From Chitinispirillaceae bacterium (GTDB taxonomy: Bacteria; Fibrobacterota; Chitinivibrionia; Chitinivibrionales; Chitinispirillaceae), in NCBI GenBank assembly GCA_050301235.1, contig JBNKZD010000210.1:1-32000 (forward strand): 32,000 bases of DNA. Reading direction: 5' to 3'. A model generated the notes under the pieces. It worked only from the letters and a program-made list of their open reading frames with translations. It did not search any database and had not been told where the DNA came from. Position numbers and translations under genes: made by a program. Of this stretch, positions 1 through 8,150 are shown one piece after another. How positions within the stretch are numbered: position 1 is the first letter of the stretch; every line of letters begins with the position of its first letter.

Positions 1-1
1 A

Positions 2-583
2 GGCGTGCTATGCCAGAACCCAGGCAATGCGTCAATTTCAAACTCTATTATCAACTGCAATCTTCTCTGCGGTATCCGTGTAAATGATGCAAATCCACAT
101 ATTATTTCCTGTATTTTTTCTTATAATAAAAATAATGGCATCTGGTGTGATGGAAAATCGAAAGTTACATTGAATTACAACTGTTTCTGGAACAACGCGG
201 ATGGAAATTTTCTTGAATGCGATCCGGAATTTGGTGTAAAAATCAAAAAGAATGATCGTGGGGACAGTATCGATCTTGGAGGTAATATCTTTTTATCACC
301 GATATTCGCAGGGTCTGTGGACGACTCTATAGCAGCAGAGAAAGATCTTGCCAATCCAACTGATAGTGCAAAAGTTAAAAGCTCAATTATTGCCGATATT
401 ATTCAGTCAGTTCAGAAAAAGCCACCACGCCCCCGACAGGAAACAATTACCAACAGGTATTCTCTGTCAAAATATTCGCCTTGCATTGATGCTGGAAGCC
501 CTGATGGAAAATTCAAAGACATTGATGATACAAGAAATGATATTGGTATCTATGGCGGTCCGGAATTTTTAAAAAATCAATAA
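2..583 (+). CDS. Right-handed parallel beta-helix repeat protein, C-terminal portion (5' end outside window)
   Basis: The ORF is open to the left window edge. It has repeated Asn/Cys-rich turn motifs (NSIINCNL, ISCIFSYNKNNGIWC, NYNCFWNN). The C-terminal motif SPCIDAGSP...DIDDTRNDIGIYGGPEF is typical of pectate-lyase-fold beta-helix proteins. Confidence 0.6.
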   Translation, partial: GVLCQNPGNASISNSIINCNLLCGIRVNDANPHIISCIFSYNKNNGIWCDGKSKVTLNYNCFWNNADGNFLECDPEFGVKIKKNDRGDSIDLGGNIFLSPIFAGSVDDSIAAEKDLANPTDSAKVKSSIIADIIQSVQKKPPRPRQETITNRYSLSKYSPCIDAGSPDGKFKDIDDTRNDIGIYGGPEFLKNQ

Positions 584-1737
584 TTATCAGAATACCGAAA
601 GACGCCATCGATTGCTTTAAATGCAAATCCTATTGGTCGCAATCTCGCGCCATAAAGGCCATCATAGACAGCAAGCCATATTGAGAAATGCTTCATTCGC
701 TTGTCAAGTGATGGGAGCATCTTGACAGTATTACTATCAAATGGCTGTACTTGTATTTTCATCAAATCGTCCATTGCAACATCACTCACCTCATCAATGT
801 TGCGATAAAACCATTTGTAGTAGAACAGTTCCGTGGTATCATTTCCACTGTTGAAGTTATAGCTGGTATCGATTATGGAATCTACCACTGATGCTTTCAG
901 AAAATAACTGTAACCCTTTTCGATAGAAATGGTATCTGGTCCGGATGATAAATCATACACCTTTTTTATATCTTTTGATTGAGAATCAAACGATGATGTG
1001 TTCCCATACACCTTGAACAACTGCACCTTATCAATAACCGGATTCCTGTTCACTTCAACATCAAGCCCAGCCCTCTTCATCTTTGTTGCATACTTAACTG
1101 TATATGATGTTTTCAGTTTATAATATCCGTTAATTGTACCCGACATTCTTATTTGGATAGAAAAGACCTGAAGCATCAGGCTGAGGTTTTGTTTTGTTAA
1201 CTTTCCACCAAACAGAGTATCGGTATTAACCATTGAAAAGAGTCCGGGTGTTGAAGCAAGATCGATAATATCAAACACCTGACCTATAGTGACTGACGAA
1301 AGTTGCTGTTTAACCGAATCATCAATGGATCCAGGAAGCAGAGCTGATACCGGTTTTGAAAGATCAAACTTTTTCCGGATAACATCTTCAGGAATTTTAA
1401 AGTCAAATGTAATCGAGTCAGTATTCCCGCCGAAATACTCAGTATACGAGCCAGGAACCAAAAGCTGCTGCAGTGGAACAGAATCGACGAATGTATCTTT
1501 TCCAAACACTCCGGAGATTAATTGTGTAGAGATCCACCACTGAGCCGACTTTACTTCCTCACCACCGAAATACGCCCTCATCGTTACCGTATCACCAGGC
1601 GATGCTTCCGCATACCCATTATTATTAAAGGTGATCGCAAGGGACCGGAGTTTTTCCACATTTTCAAACTGATCAGGCAGGTTTGCACCACATCCGGTCA
1701 GCAACAATATTATCGGCAGTATCATTAACAATCGCAT
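577..1737 (-). CDS. Lipoprotein of unknown family, encoded directly downstream of the TonB-dependent receptor
   Basis: 386-aa ORF. The N-terminus MRLLMILPIILLLTGCG is a signal peptide plus lipobox (LTGC). The start lies 13 nt after the receptor stop on the same strand. I recognise no family. Confidence 0.7.
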   Translation of the reverse strand: MRLLMILPIILLLTGCGANLPDQFENVEKLRSLAITFNNNGYAEASPGDTVTMRAYFGGEEVKSAQWWISTQLISGVFGKDTFVDSVPLQQLLVPGSYTEYFGGNTDSITFDFKIPEDVIRKKFDLSKPVSALLPGSIDDSVKQQLSSVTIGQVFDIIDLASTPGLFSMVNTDTLFGGKLTKQNLSLMLQVFSIQIRMSGTINGYYKLKTSYTVKYATKMKRAGLDVEVNRNPVIDKVQLFKVYGNTSSFDSQSKDIKKVYDLSSGPDTISIEKGYSYFLKASVVDSIIDTSYNFNSGNDTTELFYYKWFYRNIDEVSDVAMDDLMKIQVQPFDSNTVKMLPSLDKRMKHFSIWLAVYDGLYGARLRPIGFAFKAIDGVFRYSDNY

Positions 1738-1750
1738 AGTTCAACTCCGC

Positions 1751-4567
1751 TCAGAATTCCGCACGCAAACCAAATGATGGGATAAATGGTGCAGAAACTG
1801 TGGTCTGGTCAGAATAATCAAAATCGAAAATAGTGAATTCAGGACTTGCATAGATAAAACTGAACACATTCTGAAAATCGAGATAGGTCGCAAGCATCCA
1901 TTTATCAAATACGAACTTTTTATCAACACGCAAATCAACCTGCACAAACGGTTTATTACGCAGACTGTTGGCCTTTCCATATATCGGTACATACTGGAAC
2001 TGATCGGCTTGATACACTTTGTCAACAACTGGTGTATAAGGATTTCCACTCACATACCGGATACGTGTCCCAGCTTCAAACTGCTTTTTCAAGCGGTAAT
2101 TGAGAATCAACTGAAGATTATGCGTCTGGTCCCGCCCGTACAGTTTCCATCGGTTCTCAGCCCTGTCAAAGCGCTCACTACGGGAGAGTGAATACGCAAT
2201 CCACCCGAAGAGTCGGTCGCCCTGATCATGACGCAATAACAACTCCAGTCCGTACATTCTCCCCTTTCCTTTCGGGAGGAATGCGGGGAGTTCCTTATTT
2301 TCGGTCAGTTCTGTACTGGTGTAGGTATCGGGAATGTCCCATTGTGCATTATGGTAAACCTGAACATCTGCAGAAATCAGATCGGTGAGCTGCACTTCAT
2401 ACCCCGCAGTGATATGCCGGGCTTTTGTTGCCGGATGTGCAGGATTACCAAACAACGGATGTGTGACAAATCCAATTGGCTGCGGCGTCTGATTATAGGT
2501 CCCTATAGCACATTTGGCAGTCTGACTTTTTGCGAATTTATAGCGCAACGCAAGACGCATTGATGGTTCCCCTGAATATCCTCGCGAATTGTCAAATTTT
2601 TCGTAGGGCCAGAATTCTGGAATCACTCCACCTTTATAGTGCAGTTCATTATAATAATCGTAACGCAATCCAGTCAGGATGAGTAATTGTTCAACCGGTT
2701 TGATCTCAAACTGAAGATACGGTGAGGCAAGTCCTAACTTCAGGTTGGTTGTGTCCCAGACAATCGTGTTGTCATTCGTTGTATTCGGAAAGGCCCCCGT
2801 CTGGTTGTATTTCTGATACCATAAATCAGCACCAAGATCTACTTGTAGTTTTTTGCTGATTTTATACTGAAGTTCATCACGCAACGAAAGTTCATATGCG
2901 CGAAAGTCAATTTTTATAAAACCAAACGCACTACTATACCCGTTTTCGGGAATTAATGCTACCCGGAGTGAGTTTTTAAGCGAACTTGTCAGTTCAGCCT
3001 CCCACCCGGACATAAACATGGTGAACGCAACTCTCTGACGAAGCCTGTCAGTAAGCTTATCGATATCAGAACTTCCCCCCCGAACAAATGGAGCTATCAG
3101 TTCCATCTGGTCGTTAGACCCAAATAGTGTGAAAAACACCTTATTGTTCTTCGTTATATCTGCGTCAACTCTTGCAAGATAGTCGTAGTAAAATGGAACT
3201 ATTGATACGGGCAGGTTAAAATATTTACTTTTTGTAATTGCTCCGAGAATATCCCCAATATAACTGCGTCGTGCGCTGACAATAATTCCCGCGTTCTTCC
3301 CGATTGGCCCTTCAGCAAATACGGTTGCATCAAACAGATTAACATCGGCAAAACCGCTATACCGGTCGCGCCTGGCGTTTCGCCCTTTCAGTTCGATAAC
3401 CCCTGCGATTGTTGATCCATACCTGACTCCGAAACCACCCGGATATAGGTTTACAGACTCTAGTCCGTCAGAGTTATAGGTGGATTTTATACCACCGAAA
3501 TGGTACAACTGTGGAATCTGTATACCATCCAGAAAAAATTTACTGTCCCAGCTTGGTGCCCCGCGAACGACAACAGCACCACCACCAAATAATGGTCGCG
3601 CAACTCCCGGAAGCGCCTGAACCACTTTAACCGCATCACCGCCAAATCCCGGAATTTTCTTAACTTCATTAAGTGTTAACGTTCGACGCGATACCTCTTT
3701 TTCTTCATTTTTACCATAGACGGTAATCTCATATTCAGCATATGATGTCCGTTGCAGCCTGAAAACGACATCAAGAACTTCACCATGCCTGATTGTGTCG
3801 GCGGTTTCAAACTGTTCATATCCCACTGCTGGAATTGTTACATGCACCGGGCCGGCAGGAAGAGATTTGTACATGAATTTTCCGGTGGAATCGGTGTGAG
3901 TCAATAGAGCTCCCTGCTCAAACTGCTGTCCACCGAAAGTGCCTATTTTATTCATATACATTGAAAAGGGAAGGCGTATTGTGCTATCAGAAAGCGTATC
4001 ATCAAACACTACATAGATTTCTGCATCCTGTACCGGTGCGCGGGTACCACGTTCGTAGACAAAACCCTCAAAGTTCACATATTCTTCGATTTTATTAATG
4101 ACTTCATCCAGAGTCACTTCATATTGATAGGTCAAAATAACTGGAACTGGGATTCCACCGGCAACAGCAGGAGTGAAAACAAATTTTCGAGCTGCAGCTA
4201 CAACGGCACTATCCAGTTCAGGATGAATTCCTTTAACAATATAGACACTGTCGACGAGCCCACTGTCGCTTACCAGAAGATCCATAGTTACACTTCCGGT
4301 GATTGCTTCTTTCAGAAGATGTTCGGGGTAGACAGCTTTAACGAAGTTCTTTAAGACAGGTTCTTTTTCGAGTGCCGCGACCGAATCGGCTGGTAAGTCA
4401 GGTTCAGACAAATTGGAATGTACCTCACCAGATTTTACATTGTCATTAACCTCTTCAGACTCGATTTCGATCAGGACTTCATCACTATCGTTTGTTTGAG
4501 CGGATAGTGCTGATGCCCCTAAAATCACGGTAATGACGCTATAGAATAAATTACTATAAAATCTCAT
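1751..4567 (-). CDS. TonB-dependent outer-membrane receptor with an N-terminal TonB_C-like domain and a carboxypeptidase-regulatory-like domain
   Basis: 938 aa. Signal peptide MRFYSNLFYSVITVILGASALSAQ, then an acidic linker. Residues ~68-152 (VLKNFVKAVYPEHLLKEAITGSVTMDLLVSDSGLVDSVYIVKGIHPELDSAVVAAARKFVFTPAV...) resemble a TonB C-terminal domain. FEGFVYERGTRAPVQDAEIYVV is CarboxypepD_reg-like. The plug region is LNEVKKIPGFGGDAVKVVQALPGVA...VVVRGA...FFLDGIQI. A long barrel follows, ending in an aromatic residue (...GLRAEF). An AGGAA RBS lies upstream. Confidence 0.85.
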   Translation of the reverse strand: MRFYSNLFYSVITVILGASALSAQTNDSDEVLIEIESEEVNDNVKSGEVHSNLSEPDLPADSVAALEKEPVLKNFVKAVYPEHLLKEAITGSVTMDLLVSDSGLVDSVYIVKGIHPELDSAVVAAARKFVFTPAVAGGIPVPVILTYQYEVTLDEVINKIEEYVNFEGFVYERGTRAPVQDAEIYVVFDDTLSDSTIRLPFSMYMNKIGTFGGQQFEQGALLTHTDSTGKFMYKSLPAGPVHVTIPAVGYEQFETADTIRHGEVLDVVFRLQRTSYAEYEITVYGKNEEKEVSRRTLTLNEVKKIPGFGGDAVKVVQALPGVARPLFGGGAVVVRGAPSWDSKFFLDGIQIPQLYHFGGIKSTYNSDGLESVNLYPGGFGVRYGSTIAGVIELKGRNARRDRYSGFADVNLFDATVFAEGPIGKNAGIIVSARRSYIGDILGAITKSKYFNLPVSIVPFYYDYLARVDADITKNNKVFFTLFGSNDQMELIAPFVRGGSSDIDKLTDRLRQRVAFTMFMSGWEAELTSSLKNSLRVALIPENGYSSAFGFIKIDFRAYELSLRDELQYKISKKLQVDLGADLWYQKYNQTGAFPNTTNDNTIVWDTTNLKLGLASPYLQFEIKPVEQLLILTGLRYDYYNELHYKGGVIPEFWPYEKFDNSRGYSGEPSMRLALRYKFAKSQTAKCAIGTYNQTPQPIGFVTHPLFGNPAHPATKARHITAGYEVQLTDLISADVQVYHNAQWDIPDTYTSTELTENKELPAFLPKGKGRMYGLELLLRHDQGDRLFGWIAYSLSRSERFDRAENRWKLYGRDQTHNLQLILNYRLKKQFEAGTRIRYVSGNPYTPVVDKVYQADQFQYVPIYGKANSLRNKPFVQVDLRVDKKFVFDKWMLATYLDFQNVFSFIYASPEFTIFDFDYSDQTTVSAPFIPSFGLRAEF

Positions 4568-4579
4568 TTTATATTTCCT

Positions 4580-4678
4580 GATCCCTGAGGGATCAAATAT
4601 TTATAGCACACAACAAAAGCCTCCTACGTCCCGTTAGGGACGAAATATCTATTGAACATCACGCAAAATATATTTCTC
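4580..4678. repeat. Direct repeat copy A: REP-like hairpin pair plus the 3' end of the RAYT gene
   Basis: Hairpins are gatccc-tga-gggatc (4580-4594) and gtccc-gtta-gggac (4628-4641). Blocks gatccc..gggatcaaatatttatagcaca, gtcccgttagggacgaaatatcta and caaaatatatttctc recur in the same order and orientation at 5322-5426. Confidence 0.85.
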
Positions 4679-5110
4679 TTCATAAGAAACTGCGAATCTT
4701 TTCAACAATTCCATGTATTCATCTTTAAAATTAAATTTTTTATGGTGATCTTCCTGATTTTGTATGTACTTGACAACTCGATCTATATGTGAATGAGAAT
4801 AGGAAAATGCACCGTATCCTTCCTGCCATTGGAATTTCCCATAAACCAATCGCTTATCATTGATCCATTTTGATGAATCACCCTTTATATCCTGCAATAA
4901 ATCTGGAATCAGTTGATGAGGTTTATATCCCACAAAAATGTGGACATGATTCCTGGTTCCGTTAATAGTTATCATTTTGTGTTTGTTATTTTGAACTATA
5001 CCGGTTATATATTTGTACAGTTCATCTTTCCATTCAGGCATTATGAGAGAAATGCGATTTTCAACTGCAAATACAAATTGGAGATAAATCTGTGTAAATG
5101 TGTTTGCCAT
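4649..5110 (-). CDS. IS200/IS605 TnpA-like Y1 (HUH) transposase, REP-associated tyrosine transposase (RAYT)-type
   Basis: 153 aa. HUH motif in NHVHIFVG. Downstream region WQEGYGAFSYSHSH with catalytic-Tyr context. The overall pattern (FTQIYLQFVFAVENR...KGDSSKWIN...YIQNQEDHHKK) matches COG1943 transposases. The gene is flanked by short GC-core hairpins. Confidence 0.85.
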   Translation of the reverse strand: MANTFTQIYLQFVFAVENRISLIMPEWKDELYKYITGIVQNNKHKMITINGTRNHVHIFVGYKPHQLIPDLLQDIKGDSSKWINDKRLVYGKFQWQEGYGAFSYSHSHIDRVVKYIQNQEDHHKKFNFKDEYMELLKRFAVSYEEKYILRDVQ

Positions 5111-5133
5111 AAATTTCGTCTTCTACATATTTT

Positions 5134-5200
5134 GTCCCTACGGGACAATGTTGCTTTTTTTATTGTACAATTTTCTATAAATATGTTATCCCTACGGGAT
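5134..5200. repeat. Two further REP-like hairpins upstream of the RAYT gene
   Basis: gtccc-tac-gggac (5134-5146) and atccc-tac-gggat (5188-5200). They share the TCCC-N3-4-GGGA core with the hairpins at 4580, 4628, 5322 and 5376. Confidence 0.7.
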
Positions 5201-5321
5201 ATAAATGCATACACAACCATATTACTATTATTTATTTGCGTACATAATATTGCGATTAAAGAAAAATCAGAGTAAGAATGCAATATAAACCTTTACTATA
5301 AAATTTCATCCGATTTTTCCA

Positions 5322-5426
5322 GATCCCGTAAGGGATCAAATATTTATAGCACATACAATAGCAAAAGGACCCATCGTCCCGTTAGGGACGAAATATCTAT
5401 CTCTCATCGCGCAAAATATATTTCTC
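5322..5426. repeat. Direct repeat copy B: REP-like hairpin pair plus a remnant of a RAYT 3' end
   Basis: Hairpins are gatccc-gtaa-gggatc (5322-5337) and gtccc-gttagggac (5376-5389). It is collinear with 4580-4678: three long identical blocks separated by diverged or indel segments. Confidence 0.85.
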
Positions 5427-5429
5427 ATC
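5397..5429 (-). pseudogene. Orphan 3'-terminal fragment of a RAYT gene
   Basis: The minus-strand translation ...EKYILRDER* matches the C-terminus of the intact RAYT (...EEKYILRDVQ*). No upstream coding part exists because the tonB stop codon sits at 5432-5434. Confidence 0.6.
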
Positions 5430-5431
5430 CT

Positions 5432-6238
5432 CTATATCATTTTAAATCTAAAAGGTATTATCACCCATGTTGCGAAAGCGTTAGTTCCAACATATGCAGG
5501 CTCAAAAAGCAGCTTAAGACACGCTTCGTATACTTTTCCCTTCGAGCCATAACCAAGATCATCCAGAACAACCGCTTTTTTAACTTTGCCATCTATATCG
5601 ACCAGAATTTTAACTTTTACAATTCCCTCGATTTTATTATCAAGCATCTCTTTGGTATATTCTGGCTTTACACGAACTAATAATTTCGGTAATGATGTAA
5701 CGGTTGTAATAGAAACCAGCGAGCCCTTCAATTCCTCATTTGTTGCTGTAAACGTATCAATCTCAGTATTTAATGTATTTCCGAGTTTCCCGATCACCGC
5801 ATCAGAAGCATCCCCGGATGCTCCAAAACCGGTTGAATATACCCTTTTCAGTCCATACACGCGGCGGACCGGTTTTGGCTTCTCCTCTGTTGGAGGTTTT
5901 ACTATATCATCCTGTTTCTGATTCAATACTGGCTTTTCGGTGAGATCTATCGGTTCCTTTGGCTTTTCAATCTCAACTTTTTTCTCTTTTGGCACCGGTT
6001 TGGGCTTTTCGGGTTCTTTTACAACAGGTTTTTCTTCAATTATAAACTCTGTCTGTATCTGTGACATACGTTCTTCAATCGATACCGGCGGTGGATTGTG
6101 CACTTTCAGATACCACCCGGTACTTCCCGCCAGAAGCAACATCAACAGGAGTACCGGTGTAAAAAAATCCAGTTTTCCCGCTTTTTCCGGTGTGGCAGCA
6201 TAAAATTTTAGAAGCAGCTCTTTTCCCTGACTACTCAT
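5432..6238 (-). CDS. tonB: Energy transducer TonB
   Basis: 268 aa. It has an N-terminal TM anchor (FFTPVLLLMLLLAGSTGWYL) and a Pro/Lys/Glu-rich spacer (EPEKPKPVPKEKKVEIEKPKEP). The C-terminal TonB_C-like domain is VKPEYTKEMLDNKIEGIVKVKILVDIDGKV.... It overlaps the upstream exbD by 1 nt. Confidence 0.85.
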   Translation of the reverse strand: MSSQGKELLLKFYAATPEKAGKLDFFTPVLLLMLLLAGSTGWYLKVHNPPPVSIEERMSQIQTEFIIEEKPVVKEPEKPKPVPKEKKVEIEKPKEPIDLTEKPVLNQKQDDIVKPPTEEKPKPVRRVYGLKRVYSTGFGASGDASDAVIGKLGNTLNTEIDTFTATNEELKGSLVSITTVTSLPKLLVRVKPEYTKEMLDNKIEGIVKVKILVDIDGKVKKAVVLDDLGYGSKGKVYEACLKLLFEPAYVGTNAFATWVIIPFRFKMI

Positions 6239-6705
6239 TACTCCTCCTGAATCACCAGTACAGAAAAACGATTATATCCTGCCTTGGAACAGGAGTACAT
6301 AACACGTTTTACATTAGAATACGGAAGCTCTCTATCACACTGAATCATCAGTTCTTTACCTTTAGTCGTATCACCACAGTGCGCGCCTTTCATTTTCATC
6401 CATTTAAAGAGCGGCTCGATAAGCAGTGAATCTGATTGTGCAATATCATCGAGCTTTGCAATGACCTCTCCATCACCAATAATTGCCTTATTGGTAATCT
6501 CGATGGTACACTGCTGTTTTGGCGGTTTATCTGAAGTTGACACCGGGAGAACAAGATCATCTGAGGGTGTGATCAGATTCCCTTCAACTGAAAAACTTTT
6601 AATCAAAAACACCAGAAGAATGGTCATGACATCGATAAGTGATGTCAGCTGGGGACGAAAGGTTCCCTCGACCTGCCCTGGCCCGGAACTCTTGACTATA
6701 CTCAT
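6238..6705 (-). CDS. exbD: Biopolymer transport protein ExbD/TolR (second copy)
   Basis: 155 aa with a single N-terminal TM containing the typical LTSLIDVMTILLVFL motif. It has 1-nt overlaps with both neighbours. Confidence 0.8.
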   Translation of the reverse strand: MSIVKSSGPGQVEGTFRPQLTSLIDVMTILLVFLIKSFSVEGNLITPSDDLVLPVSTSDKPPKQQCTIEITNKAIIGDGEVIAKLDDIAQSDSLLIEPLFKWMKMKGAHCGDTTKGKELMIQCDRELPYSNVKRVMYSCSKAGYNRFSVLVIQEE

Positions 6706-7196
6706 TATTTTCCTCCACCAGGATTGACCGTCGCACTTGAAAGTCCTACATTTTTAAACCCGGCATTCCGGCAGACATCCATCACTTTGACAACATTTTT
6801 GAATGCCATTTCATCAAGTGAAGCAATCACGATGTCATCAGTTGTCATCAGTATCTGTTTTCTATTCCTGAGCCGTTCTCCCAGTTCAGTGAATGGATAA
6901 GCTCCATTATTTACCGATAATGAATCGTACAATGTATCACCAAGAACAATCCCGAAATAATCATTCCCTACTCTAACCGTAAGTTTGGGTTTGGGTTTTT
7001 CCTGTGAGTTATTCATCGCTGCACCAACATTGGGCGGTAACGAAAACTCCAGAATGGAAAGATTGGTAAACACTGCCATTGACACAAGGAAAGGGATAAG
7101 AATAATAAACATGTTCATGACCGGGGTTACATCCAGATCATGGACCTCAGCAAGTTCCGATGGAGGCTGCTGTGATTTAAATAGTGTGAGTGACAT
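6705..7196 (-). CDS. exbD: Biopolymer transport protein ExbD/TolR (first copy)
   Basis: 163 aa. ExbD-type motif DVTPVMNMFIILIPFLV. It overlaps exbB by 1 nt. Confidence 0.8.
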   Translation of the reverse strand: MSLTLFKSQQPPSELAEVHDLDVTPVMNMFIILIPFLVSMAVFTNLSILEFSLPPNVGAAMNNSQEKPKPKLTVRVGNDYFGIVLGDTLYDSLSVNNGAYPFTELGERLRNRKQILMTTDDIVIASLDEMAFKNVVKVMDVCRNAGFKNVGLSSATVNPGGGK

Positions 7197-7828
7197 CAGG
7201 ATTTCTTGCTTTTCAAATAGTTCAGTAACCGCACAGATGATTCATCAAGATCTTTGACTAACCGGTTCTGTTTATTAACAAGAAACGTAAACAGTGCCAT
7301 ACAGGGTATCGCGACAATCAAACCAAATGCTGTTGTTATCATCGCCTGAGAAATACCACCGGCCAGCATCGATGCCTTTTTTGCAGCTTCAACGGTCGCA
7401 AGTGATGAAAATGAGAGCTGTAATCCGGCTATCGTCCCCAGAAGTCCAAGCAATGTCGAAATGTTAGCAAAAAGTGAAAGGTAGTTTAACCGCTCTGAAA
7501 GTCGGGGAACCTGTTTAATCGCCGCCTCCTCCACCCCATCACGGATCTCCTCAACCGATAACCCGGCCTCGAAGCGCTTAACAGCAGTTCGCAACAGAAC
7601 GATAGCGGGTGATGAACCTTTCTGGACCAGTTTTGATGCATCATCGATTTTATTATCATTAATTGAACGTGCAACTGATTCAACTATCGGTGCATAGCTC
7701 TTTCTACATATTACATAATAGAAAATAGCGCGCTCACATGTGACTGCAAGTGCAACTGCAAAAACTGCAAGTATTCCCCACATAAATGGTCCACCATCAT
7801 TGAACCAGGCCGCGATTGACTCAACCAT
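7196..7828 (-). CDS. exbB: MotA/TolQ/ExbB proton-channel protein
   Basis: 210 aa with three TM segments. The conserved C-terminal half is LLGLLGTIAGL...GGISQAMITTAFGLIVAIP. A strong RBS (AAGGAGG) lies upstream. Confidence 0.85.
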   Translation of the reverse strand: MVESIAAWFNDGGPFMWGILAVFAVALAVTCERAIFYYVICRKSYAPIVESVARSINDNKIDDASKLVQKGSSPAIVLLRTAVKRFEAGLSVEEIRDGVEEAAIKQVPRLSERLNYLSLFANISTLLGLLGTIAGLQLSFSSLATVEAAKKASMLAGGISQAMITTAFGLIVAIPCMALFTFLVNKQNRLVKDLDESSVRLLNYLKSKKS

Positions 7829-7926
7829 AAAAAAAGCTCCTCCTTAAAAGTGAATGGAAAGTGATAAAATATACTTCGAACAGCCGGATTTCAAAACTAT
7901 TCAGATGTTCGATCGTCCTGGTACAC

Positions 7927-7955
7927 TTGCATTTACCCGGTGAGTAATCTATAAT
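7927..7955 (+). promoter_or_regulatory. Sigma70-like promoter candidate (TTGCAT-17 nt-TATAAT) upstream of the mltD-like gene
   Basis: TTGCAT at 7927-7932, a 17-nt spacer, TATAAT at 7950-7955. It lies ~195 nt upstream of the ATG at 8151. Promoter rules for this lineage are unknown. Confidence 0.4.
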
Positions 7956-8150
7956 ACAAAAAGTTGCATCAAACAGGAATGTGCTTCGGCATTACAGTAT
8001 TCCTGTGATGTTAAGTATACCGGGATTTAGTATATTCATATAACAATGAAACATCATTCACTTCGTTTCGGCATTTAAGTTTATTTTAAAACCGGAATTT
8101 AAGGCACAGAATGTGTATGACAGCTATAGTGGTATGAAGGGAGAAGTTGC

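Noticed and set aside
577-583. 7-bp overlap of the convergent beta-helix and lipoprotein gene ends
   Set aside because: This is simply overlapping stop regions of convergent genes. No additional signal is apparent.
4913-5283. ORFs 4913..5275 (+) and 5041..5283 (-) in the RAYT upstream region
   Set aside because: They overlap the RAYT gene or its hairpin-rich leader and have AT-rich, stop-poor, implausible sequences. The region is better explained by REP-like hairpins.
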